64,000 nucleotides of DNA from Vicugna vicugna (Eukaryota): contig MU058065.1 in NCBI GenBank assembly GCA_013265495.1, positions 4,872,976 through 4,936,975 of the forward strand, read 5' to 3'. Of this stretch, positions 12,591-22,395 are shown one piece after another (within the stretch, counting starts at the first letter, position 1; every line of letters begins with the position of its first letter). A program made the translations under genes and the position numbers. The notes beneath the pieces were generated by a model, which ran no database searches, was not told where the DNA came from, and was given only the letters and a program-made list of their open reading frames with translations.

Positions 12591-14559
12591 GAACAAGAGA
12601 GGCATTTAAGGTGCTGCACTGTTTTGCAGCAAAAGGCAATGAGCAGATAGATTTTACTTGGGACAAGAGTTTCGGATGTTGATTTCCTCCAGATCAGTGA
12701 AGACAGAAAAAAATGTGATCTAAAATTAGTACAGCAGAAGTGGGGAGACCTTTATGTTAACATGCATACTTACAACATCAATAGGTATCATTTGCATTCA
12801 GTTTGCAGAAAATGCCCCTGTCTCTGTAACTGCACGTAGTTTTTTTAAAAAGTGGATGAAAAGGTAAAGCCATGTAAAACAAAACACCCTTATAATATAA
12901 GTAAACAACTTGTGCTAACTTAAATGAAAACAAATGAAAGGTTAAAAGTAATCACGCTGTGCACCCCTCCAAGAGCCCCAGCAAGCAAAATGCATTTTGC
13001 CGTCATGGGGTGGCAGTGAAGTGTTCAAAACACCATAAGCAGAATTCTCCAAAAAGTAATGCAGGTGTCTAGGTCAAATGCAAATAAAGAAGTATGCAAA
13101 TTGAGCTATACTTGACTACAAAATTAGATGCTTAAAAACATTTCAGGAAAGTGAAGTTTAAGTCTCACAGAATTCACCCAGTCCTCATTATAATATGCTT
13201 CCCATTTGGGCCATTCATTCACTGTACTAAATGCATGATGGGACTCCAGTTAAGTAGATTTAGAAGCTGATTATGCTGCATTAAATGTATTCACTTCAAT
13301 TTTAGCCAGATCTTTTTTTTTCCCCCTCTAAAAGGATTACTAAATGAAGAAAAGTAGAAAGTAAGACAGAAAATAAAAAACCCTTTAGTGATGCGATAAC
13401 AAGATTAGAAAATAGGATGGCTTCTTGATATCATGTAAGAATCTAAATCTGATTTAAATAACCGAAGAATACATTTCAATGTTGTTAATTGCTTTTACTC
13501 AGTACTTGACACCTCCTATGCACACAAGTTCACCCCCAAGGCTGTATTTCTCCTGAGATACTTATGTTTTGTTATGAATTTATGTTTTAGTTTTCTTTTA
13601 AACTACATACGAATCTCACCAATTAAGAAACAAAATTTATCAGAAAGAACGCACTTGTAGGTGTTTAGACGAGTTGGCCAGTATTGACTCTGCCATTAGG
13701 GTTGAATGTCATCAATCTGGGCCTTAATTAATTTCCTAATCTCGGAAATTAGGATGTTGAATTACATTCTCTGATCTCTGAATATCTCCCAGCTCCAAAA
13801 ATATATGATTTGGGAGGAAAAGAAGGCTCATTGGATGTTATTATTTGATCCTGCCTTCAATCGGCTTGTATTTAAAGTTGAAAAAAAGAAAATGTACTGA
13901 TAGAGCATTCTAAAATGATTTATATGAATTTATTCTTGAATTTATCACCACAGACTTATTATATTGTACTGTCATCAAAGCTACCTAAAATTCAGTGGCT
14001 TCTAATAGAGTAAATTCTACTTGTTTCTAAAAAAAACCCAGAAGAGAAGCAGCAGAAGAGAATGACTGACAAGAAAAGAGGAGAATTTCAACCATATGTC
14101 GATATTTCAACTTGTCACATAATTTTATGTGGCATGAGTCACGCAGCCTATGAACTTTCTGAAGTGCCCTTTCCATGGAGCATTTTTAAATTATGAAGAC
14201 ATACAGCATGCTCCCTTTAACAGGACTCCCTTCAGCCAGCTTGCATAGATGATGGGTTAAAGAGAATTTTTATCAGTGACCTACGGTTTCAAAAATTAAT
14301 ACTAATTACTGTAGTATTAGTATTAGTAATACTAATTACTATAGTATTACTGTAGTATTATATACTATATCCTATTTTATAAAAATCTTTGAACTTAAAA
14401 GGCAGTTATAATAAATGCAAAATAATTTGCAAACTGTAGACCAAATGAGTAATTTCCCTCTTCTTCCATCGTTCATAACCAGCCAAGATTCTGCTGATTT
14501 TCCCCATCGTTCGAATATTTGTCGAGCACTTTCAGGCGAATGGAAAGGTTCCCATCTTT

Positions 14560-14935
14560 CTTCTTCTTCATTCTTTTCTTCTGGAAGCACCCAATCAATC
14601 TTCCGTGCACGTCTCATTTTTTTCTCTCATATTTTCTCCTCATCTTTTTTGTTCTACGTTTTGGGATTTGCGTTTGTTGGTTTGTTTATAAACGTTTTCT
14701 TCCAGTCTTTCTATTGAGTTCTTCCAATCTGAACAAGTATTTCAAATATCCAGGAGCTCTTTCTTGTTTTCTGATGACTCCTTTTTAATAGCATCCTTAT
14801 TTTATTTTACAGATGTAAAATTTCCTTGAGATTTTATGAATAATGACCAGAGATTTTTATGTTTTCCTCTGTCCCTGAATTACCTCATTTCCATTTTGAT
14901 AAATTCTTCTGTTGGTATGGATTATCTTTTCACAT
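14560..14935 (-). mobile_element. HAL1/L1M5-like fragment
   Basis: T-rich antisense ORF1-like sequence (TTTTGTTCTAC.TTTTGGGA; GAGCTCTTTCTTGTTTTCTGA; ATAGCATCCT). Confidence 0.55.
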
Positions 14936-14949
14936 TTAAAAACCAAGCA

Positions 14950-15635
14950 ACAGGAAGGTGATTTTGTGTTTTTATAAATAGTCTAGAGCTTTGCTCCAGG
15001 ATGCAGTTAAGTTATTGGGAAGCAGGTTGATCCTTAATGGGATCAGGACAGTGCTCAGTCTCAGACTAATTTTTCCCACTGCCGAGGCCAGATCACCCTA
15101 AACACTCTACCCGAAGCCTGTGAATCCTGAGGTCATCTAGTCTGGCTGATGGGAACGAATACTAGTCCCAGCTTTGTTTGAGGGCAAAGCACTGTCCTTC
15201 TAATCTTTGCACAGCAATTTTTCCCCCAACTTTGGGTATTTTCTTCACCTGCACATGCACATTGGTATTCAGTTAAATGCTCGTGGGGAGCCATCTGCAG
15301 ATCTCCAGTGTTCTCTCTCTGTGCCATTCTCTCCTCTCCAGTATCCTCTTCTGTTAACTCTAGCTGCTTTGGTCTCCCCAGACTCTCAAATCCATCTCTT
15401 CAACTCAGGGAGTCAGACTCTGCCTGGACCCCTCTTCCCTACACTGTGAGCTGGAAACTAACCTGACAGGAAGCTGGGGCAGTCATAGGACACACATTGC
15501 TTCCCGTTTCTAAGGGACCGCTGAACTCCATCGCCTGATGTGTAGGGTCCCACAAAACATTGTGTCCTATATTGTATCCATTTGTTGGTTGTTCCTGGCA
15601 GGAGGGCAAATGTGATCTGTTACTCCGTCCTGAGC
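14950..15635 (-). mobile_element. Old L1M (L1MC/MD/ME-type) 5' region
   Basis: GATGCAGTTAAGTTATTGGGAAGCAGGTTGATCCTT, CTGCAGATCTCCAG, CTCTTCAACTCAGGGAG and GGAGGGCAAAT...CTGTTACTCC motifs of old L1 5' ends. Confidence 0.75.
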
Positions 15636-15977
15636 TATTGAATTATGTCTCTCATTGTGCCTGCAAGACATGGAAGCCCCTAGAGGGAATGGCAGCGTGG
15701 TACATGGCACAAAAGCATCAGAAGTTGGGGATATAAAGGAATCAAAAGATCTGTGATAAAGAATGACTTTCAATTAAAGTCATATAAATGTATGACTAAT
15801 GGCCTGAGGAGTGTATGCAGTGGGGAAAATTTTGCAAAATCTGGGGTTGAAGGAATCCTCAATTTTCTGGAATCCCAGAAGAATAGGGGTTCACAGTTTA
15901 AAATAGGTTTTTTTGAGCAAAGTATGAACACAAGCTTCTTAACGCTAGCACTTTCAGAATATGAAGCATGATGAATG

Positions 15978-16026
15978 GATAGATAGATGATAGATAGATA
16001 GATGATAGATAGATAGATAATAGATA
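15978..16026. repeat. (GATA)n imperfect tetranucleotide microsatellite
   Basis: GATAGATAGATGATAGATAG... run. Confidence 0.9.
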
Positions 16027-16034
16027 AAATAGTT

Positions 16035-16385
16035 GACATTTATAGAGTGCTCGACTAAGCACCATTAAAAGTGTTTAACAAGTATAAACTCATTTTAACC
16101 TTTTCAACACCCTTATGATGTAGGTACTAACAGTACCCCATTATATAGATAAAAAATATGAATATGAAAAGAATATATGTATGTATATGCGTGACTGAAA
16201 CATGCTGTACACCAGAAATTGACACATTGTAAACTGACTATACTTCAATTAAAAAATTAAAAATTAAAAAAAAATCTGAAGCACAAAGGAGATTAAAATT
16301 TTGCTTAAGTTGACATGGCTATTGAATAGAAGAACGTGAGCCTTTGAGCTCAATTAGTGCAATTCCAGAACCTGGATTCTTACCC
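16035..16385 (-). mobile_element. MIR SINE, split by a young L1 3' fragment
   Basis: CCCCATTATATAGATAAAAAA | insert | TCTGAAGCACAAAGGAGATTAA rejoins into the MIR core CCCCATTTTACAGATGAGGAAACTGAGGCACAGAGAGGTTAA. Confidence 0.7.
16158..16273 (+). mobile_element. Heavily 5'-truncated camelid-type L1 3' end
   Basis: GAATATGAAAAGAATATATGTATGTATATGCGTGACTGAAACATGCTGTACACCAGAAATTGACACATTGTAAACTGACTATACTTCAAT plus A-tail; same family as 17007 and 18770. Confidence 0.85.
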
Positions 16386-16397
16386 TCCACCTCACAG

Positions 16398-16433
16398 GCG
16401 CACGTGCGCACGCGTGCGCGCACACACACACAC
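16398..16433. repeat. Alternating purine/pyrimidine (CG/CA) tract
   Basis: GCGCACGTGCGCACGCGTGCGCGCACACACACACAC, 36 bp strictly alternating, 7 CpG. Confidence 0.9.
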
Positions 16434-17006
16434 TCTATCCACTCTCCATATAAATAGAGAGAAATAAAACCACACAGTTTCTACGTCTAGAAGAAGCAGC
16501 TAATTTTCCACATTGTATCCTGGGTATTCTGCAGGAGGATAGATAATATTATTCTGCTTTCAGTCACTCAGCCTCTACTTTCTATCCCTTTGTGGAATCC
16601 TTACTTTTAAGAAATGGACATGTTGATCAGGTTTGAAGTGAGAAAGAGACTCAGAAACCTCAAAGGTGGTGATTCAAAATGCAGCAGTAAGCGGACATAA
16701 AAGGAGCATATTTTCTAGAAGACAAGGTCAAGAGCACCTGAAAATGTCTTTATAATGTGTGTTCAAAAATTCCACGTCACAGTGATTTTCACGATTTTAG
16801 AGTTCTAAGGTCCTATTATTTTTATTTGAATTTTGCAAGTGTTCATATCTGAGTATGCGAAGCATTAAACAGTTAATGTAATAAAAATTTTAAATTTTAC
16901 TAAGAAATTGGGGAAGGACACTTAATGAGATAATTGATGGCCCATTATGATAAGTAATATGATATTATTTATTCAAATTAAAACATCTTTAAGAATTGAT
17001 TGCAAT

Positions 17007-17298
17007 AAACAGATTCACAGACATAGTAAAGAAACTTATGGTTACAAGGGGGAAACTGGGTGGGAAGGGATAAATTGGGATTTTGAGATTTGCAGATACT
17101 AACTACTGTATATAAAATAGATAAACATCAAATTTCATACTGTATAGCATAGGGAAATATATTCAATACCTTGTAGTTACCTATAATGGAAAAGAATATG
17201 AAAATGAATATGTAAATTTATACATATGACTGAAACATGTTGCACAACAGAAATTGACACATTGTAAACTGAATATATTTCAATAAATAAATAAATAA
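17007..17298 (+). mobile_element. 5'-truncated camelid-type L1 3' end
   Basis: L1 3'UTR ending in an (AAAT)n tail; possible diverged 16-bp TSD AAGAATTGATTGCAAT (16991-17006) / AAGAATTGGGCACAAT (17299-17314). Confidence 0.88.
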
Positions 17299-17549
17299 AA
17301 GAATTGGGCACAATGCAGTTTGTCTGTTTAAATACTGACTCCAATCGATAGACGGTGGAATACACCTTAAATATGACATTTATCACACTGATTGACAAAC
17401 TTCTTGCTGTAACTACCCAGCCCAAAAAAGATGAGATTTTAAAAATTCATAATGGTGTTTCTCCTTCTGAGTAAGTCTGCACCAGTGAGCATCATGGGTG
17501 GGAGGCTGGTGGGTGTGTTGCCGTGTAGCTGTAGCAGTGACAGCTCGTG

Positions 17550-18230
17550 AACTCTCTGAGTGCCCCCAGGTTCATCCTCCAGCCTCTTCTCACCTCTGCC
17601 TCTGCTCACTCCCTCGGTGGTACCATCCAGTCTCATAGTACTAAATGCCAATGCTACCTTGACAATCCTCCAAAGCTGGTCTTCTGCCAAGACCTCTCTT
17701 TGGCTCATATCAAACTGCCTTCTCAGACTTCCACTTGGATGCTCAATGAGAATCTCAAGCTGGACAGGTACAGAAGTGAGTTTCTGAGCTTCGATCTAAA
17801 TCTACTCTCCTCCATCTTCTCCACCTCAGTGAATGACAGCTGGATCCTGATAAATTTTTAAGACAAACAATTTGAGTAGTAGTTCTCAGTCCTTCTCTTC
17901 CTCTCACACTCCACTTTGAAAACATTAGACTATCCTCTGGTATCTGACCATTTACCATCTATCTGCTACCCAGGCCAGCAACATCTCTAGCCTGGATTAT
18001 TGCAATGACCCTCAAGAGAACTTCTTGAGTTCATCCTTGTTCTCCTATAACTTATAAAAGAATAGCCAGAGATAACCTATTATAAAAATGGCGGATAAGG
18101 CCATTTTCTGCTCAAACTTCCCCCCAGTGGCTTTCCTTTCAGTTAGAGCAAGTGCAAATGTCCTTACAATGGCCTTGAAAGCATTAAAACCATGGGCCTT
18201 CTATCATCTTTTATAGCTCATCTTCCACAA
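17550..18230 (+). mobile_element. L2 (L2a-like) ORF2/3' region, resuming at about 20127-20180
   Basis: CTTCCACTTGGATG, CCTCAGTGAATGACA, CCTGGATTATTGCAAT, CTGCTCAAACTTCCCCCAGTGGCTT are hallmark L2 segments. Confidence 0.85.
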
Positions 18231-18380
18231 TAGCTCTTCCAGTAAAATATAGCATGAACCACATGAAAGGCACAAGTGCAATTTAAAATTTTCTAGCAGC
18301 CACATTTTTTAAAAAGTGAAAAGAAATAGATGAAATTAATTGTAATAATCGATTTCATTTGACACAATATATCTAAAGTA

Positions 18381-18726
18381 CAGACAGCACTCCATAGCCT
18401 CAGATTCTGTACCTATGGATTCAACCAACCACAAATCTAAAATATTTTGGGGAAAAAAGTTCCAGAAAGTTCCAAATAGAAAAACTTGAGTTTTCTGTGT
18501 GCTGGCAACTATTTCCATAGCATTTACATTATATTTACAACTTTTTACATAGCATTTACATTTATTAGCTATTATAAGTTATCTAGTGATAATTTAAAGT
18601 ATATGGGATGATTTGGATAGGTTATATGCAAATCTGTGCCATTTTATATAAGAGATTTGAGCATTCCAGGGTTTTGGTATCCTCAGGGGTCCTGGAAACA
18701 ATCCTCTATGGATACCAAGACAACTG
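18381..18726 (+). mobile_element. Tigger3a-like TcMar DNA transposon
   Basis: CAG...CTG termini flanked by TA on both sides (18379-80, 18727-28); internal GGATTCAACCAACC, CATAGCATTTACATT, GGTTATATGCAAAT, GGGGTCCTGGAAACAATCC. Confidence 0.88.
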
Positions 18727-18769
18727 TATTACCATGATACCAGTTAAAAATTACATATAAGATATTTTG

Positions 18770-19968
18770 CTTTTGTTTTTGTTTTCTGTTGGTACTGTTG
18801 CTTAACTTCTTTTTTTTATATAATTTGTATTTTTTATTGAAGTATAGTCAGTTACAACTTGTCAGTTTTTGGTGTACAGCACAATGTCCCAGGCATACAT
18901 ATACATACATATATTCATTTTCATATTCTTTTCCATTAAAGGTTATTATGAGATATTGAATATTGTTCCCTGCGCTATACAGAAGAAATTTGGTTTTTAA
19001 TTTATTTTTATACATAGTGACTAACATTTGCAAATCTCAAACTCCCAAATTTATCCCTTCCCACCCCCTTTCCCACTGTAACCATCAGATTGTTTACTAT
19101 GTCTGTGAGTCTTTTTTTGTTTTGTAGATTAGTTCATTAGTGTTCTCTTTTTCTAGATTCCACATATATCATATGGTATTTTTCTTTCTCTTTCTGGCTT
19201 ACTTCACTTAGAATGACAATCTCTAGGTCCATTCATGTTGCTTCAAATGGCATTATTTTATTCTTTTTTATGGCTAAGTAGTATTTTATTGTATAAATAT
19301 ACCACAACTTCTTTATCCAGTCATCTGTTGATGGACATTTAGTTTACTTCCATCTCTGGGCTACTGTATATAGTGCTGCTATGAACATTGGGGGTGCATG
19401 TATCTTTTTGAATTAGAGTTCCCTCTGGATATAAAAGGAATCCAAATGGGAAGAAAAGAGGCAAAATTATCAATATATGTGGATGACATGATATTATATA
19501 TAGAAAACCCTAAAAGCTCCACATAAAATCTAGAGCTAATAAAAAAATTCAGCAAGGTAACAGGATACAAGAGTAACATACAGAAATCAGTCACACTTCT
19601 TTACACCAACAGTGAAATAGCAGGAAAAGAAAGTAAAGAAACAATCTGTTTTAAGATCTCATCCAAAACAATAAAATATTAGGAATAAGTCTGACGAAGG
19701 AGGTGAAAGATTTATACATGGAAAACTACAAAACATTGATTAAGGAAATTAAAGGTGACTTAAAGAAATGGAAAGCTATCTCATGCTCTTGGATTGGAAG
19801 AATCAATATTGTTAAAAATCGCCATACTGCCCAAGGCAATCTACAGATTTAATGTGATCCCTGTCAAATTTCCTCTGACATTTTTCATAGAACTAAAACA
19901 AATAATCCTAAAATCTATATGGAATCACAAACGACCCAGAATTGTCAAAACAATACTGAAGTAAAAGA
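18770..19968 (-). mobile_element. Camelid-type L1 with 5' inversion (antisense 3' part 18810-19430, sense ORF2 RT part 19431-19968)
   Basis: 17-bp TSD ACATATAAGATATTTTG (18753-69) / ACATATGAGATATTTTG (19969-85); inverted part translates [28 protein letters not shown] (RT YxDD at 19476-87) followed by a stop. Confidence 0.92.
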
Positions 19969-20899
19969 ACATATGAGATATTTTGTATTCCTCATTTCTT
20001 ACAGCCTCTGAAATCCAGTGTGTATTTTATGCTTACAACTAATCTCAGTTCAGATCAGCCTCATTTTAAGTGTCCAATAGCCACATGTGGCCAATGGCTA
20101 TCATATTAGACAGGGCAGTCCTACAACTTTTTCTTCTCATTCACTGTGCTTCCATTACACCCAGCATGCTTGTGTTCCTAAGGTACTTGTCTCAGTCACT
20201 TACCTTATTATACACCCCAGTGACTTCAATTTCAGGAAACAAAATCCTGAACGTCTGAGGGAGTGCAAGGTTCGGGCAGAGTGGTCATGGTGGATGGCGG
20301 AAAGGACTTACAGGCAAATTTTCCAGCAGAAGCCTACGAACCAAAAGCCTGATTAGCCCCTTGGACTGGATGGAAAGAAGTGATGGCAAAAATACCATGA
20401 TGAAAAGATCTGTTATTGCAATGAAGTCTTGACACAACAAGAAGAAGAATTTGGGGGGATTCTAGGATATTTTCAACATTTTTTATGCTGCATATTATCA
20501 AGAATGCCTCTTAATTAAACGTACTTGAGCACTTCTATTTTGGTACAAAGGAATAGGGAGCTTGGAAGTATTGTCTCTGACAGGTCTTGGGTGGAATGAA
20601 ACACTTAAGAAATGGAGTAAAAGAAAACATTGGGAAAGAAAGAGAAGGAAATAGATTCCTGAGTGAAAATGAAACCTAGAGGACCAAGAAAACAAAAGTC
20701 TGGGAAAAGAACAGAGAGGCAACCTGATATGGGTTACAAGCGGGGAGCAGGAAAGAATGTTGCAAGAGAGGCCATGTCAAGACCAGGAAGAGTTTCATGG
20801 AGCAGATGGATTAAAATGAACTACTGGTTTGTGAGGATAATTGAGTGGTTTGAGAGCTTACAACTAAATAACAGAAGGGGGAGGGAAATGACCTTTACT

Positions 20900-21480
20900 G
20901 GCTCTCTTCTCTGTGATAGGCACTTTTGCGTATAACATTCCCTTTTGCCTTCACAACAGCACAACCAAGTTGGTGTCATGTATATTATTTTCCAGATGAG
21001 AAACCAGACTCAGAAAGACTGAACACCTTGCCCAGGGCCTTAGCCCACGGGGGCGCTATAACAAAATACCATAGACTGGGTGGCTTATAAACAACAGAAA
21101 TTTATTTCTCGTGGTTTCAGAGGCTGGGAAGTCCAAGATCAAGGTGCCAGCAGATTTGGGGTCTGGTAAGATCCTGCTTCCTGACTCAAGGATGGTCATC
21201 TCTTAGTTGTGTCTTTCCATGAACGAAGAGGTGTGGGAACTCTCTGGGGTTTCATTTATAAGAGAACTAATCTTGTTCATGAGGATTCTGCTCTCATGAC
21301 CTAATCACCTCCCAGAGATCCACCTCCAAATACCATCACACTGGGGATTAAATTTCAACACCTGAATTTTGAGGGGACACAAGCATCCAGTCTCTGGCAC
21401 CCAGGATCACATAGCAATTAAGTGATGGGCCCAGGAAAAGAATACAGTGTGCACCTCACCCCAAGTTCTGCACTTATGCC
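20900..21480 (-). mobile_element. MIR SINE split by MLT1A0
   Basis: TTTTCCAGATGAGAAACCAGACTCAGAAAGACTGAACACCTTGCCCAG | LTR | GATCACATAGC. Confidence 0.75.
21036..21399 (-). mobile_element. MLT1A0-like MaLR solo LTR
   Basis: GCTATAACAAAATACCATAGACTGGGTGGCTTATAAACAACAGAAATTTATTTCTC...CTCATGACCTAATCACCTCCCA; perfect 5-bp TSD CCCAG (21031-35, 21400-04). Confidence 0.92.
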
Positions 21481-22307
21481 ATGGCTACCCCTCTTGCTCT
21501 CTGCCCTTGTGGGCATCATTTACTTTTCCAGATAAATCCCCACACTACACATTCTCCACACTAGAAGCGTTTCCTCATTTCTGAAGTCTTCTTTTTTTTC
21601 CTTAACTTTTTTATACTCAATACTATGCTTGAGGCAGGCAATCAATAAACATTTGGAGAATAAATGAGAAGAAAAGGACTTGATGCACAGGTATGTGTAC
21701 ATTCTATATCTTCTTTGTCCAAACTGCACAATTTGACAGTAAGGCCTTGTAAATATAAACAATATTCATCACAAAAATATGCAAAGCAATTGAGGAATCA
21801 TGACCTCTTAAAGGCAGTGTCCCCCGGAAGGGCACTATGTGCTAATCAGCAAAGTGAAATCTGTGGATTCGGAACGAATTGAACAAATGCATGAAAAACG
21901 TTTCTCATTTTTGTATTATTAAGATTTTATAAGATATGTAATGGTTCTTTGGCATACTTTGTTACAATGCTCATTATAAAATCTGCAAGAAAGGATGAGA
22001 ATAAATCTCAGATGCCAACACGATCTCCTGGGCGATTCTTCACTAGACCAAATGATGCCATCACGACTGCATTATCTATGAAGCAGAGAATGGCTAATGA
22101 GACCCATCCATTGTCATAGAACCTGGCTCTGCCGAAAGACGTTTTCCGTCTTCCCAGCTGAGGACTGTATCCACCCGTGCCTGCGGAGAGAGCCGGGCTT
22201 TTATAATTAAAGATAACTCTGAGAAGAGCCAGTGTGGTCTGCATTAGAAGACGTCAAACTTAAAGCAACCCCTGTGTTGTATAGACAGTCTTACGGGCCA
22301 ACCTCAT

Positions 22308-22395
22308 CTTCCAGAGGGCAGGAATCTTCATTCATCCTGTTCACTCATATTTCCCAGGACAGGACCTGGCACACAGTAAGAGCTCAACAATATAC
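22308..22395 (+). mobile_element. L2 3' end
   Basis: GAGGGCAGGAATC...CCTGGCACACAGTAAGAGCTCAACAATAT. Confidence 0.75.

Larger units (their letters stand above)
18231..20118 (+). mobile_element. MER33 hAT-Charlie DNA transposon, interrupted twice
   Basis: Left arm AAAATTTTCTAGCAGCCACAT...GAAATTAATT; right arm GAAATCCAGTGTGTATTTTA...AATAGCCACATGTGGCCAATGGCTATCATATTAGACAGGGCAG; 8-bp TSD-like TTCCACAA / TCCTACAA. Confidence 0.85.

Noticed and set aside
19431..19968. Reverse-transcriptase motif as a functional or novel RT gene
   Set aside because: It is a truncated L1 ORF2 fragment with in-frame stops inside a dead insertion.
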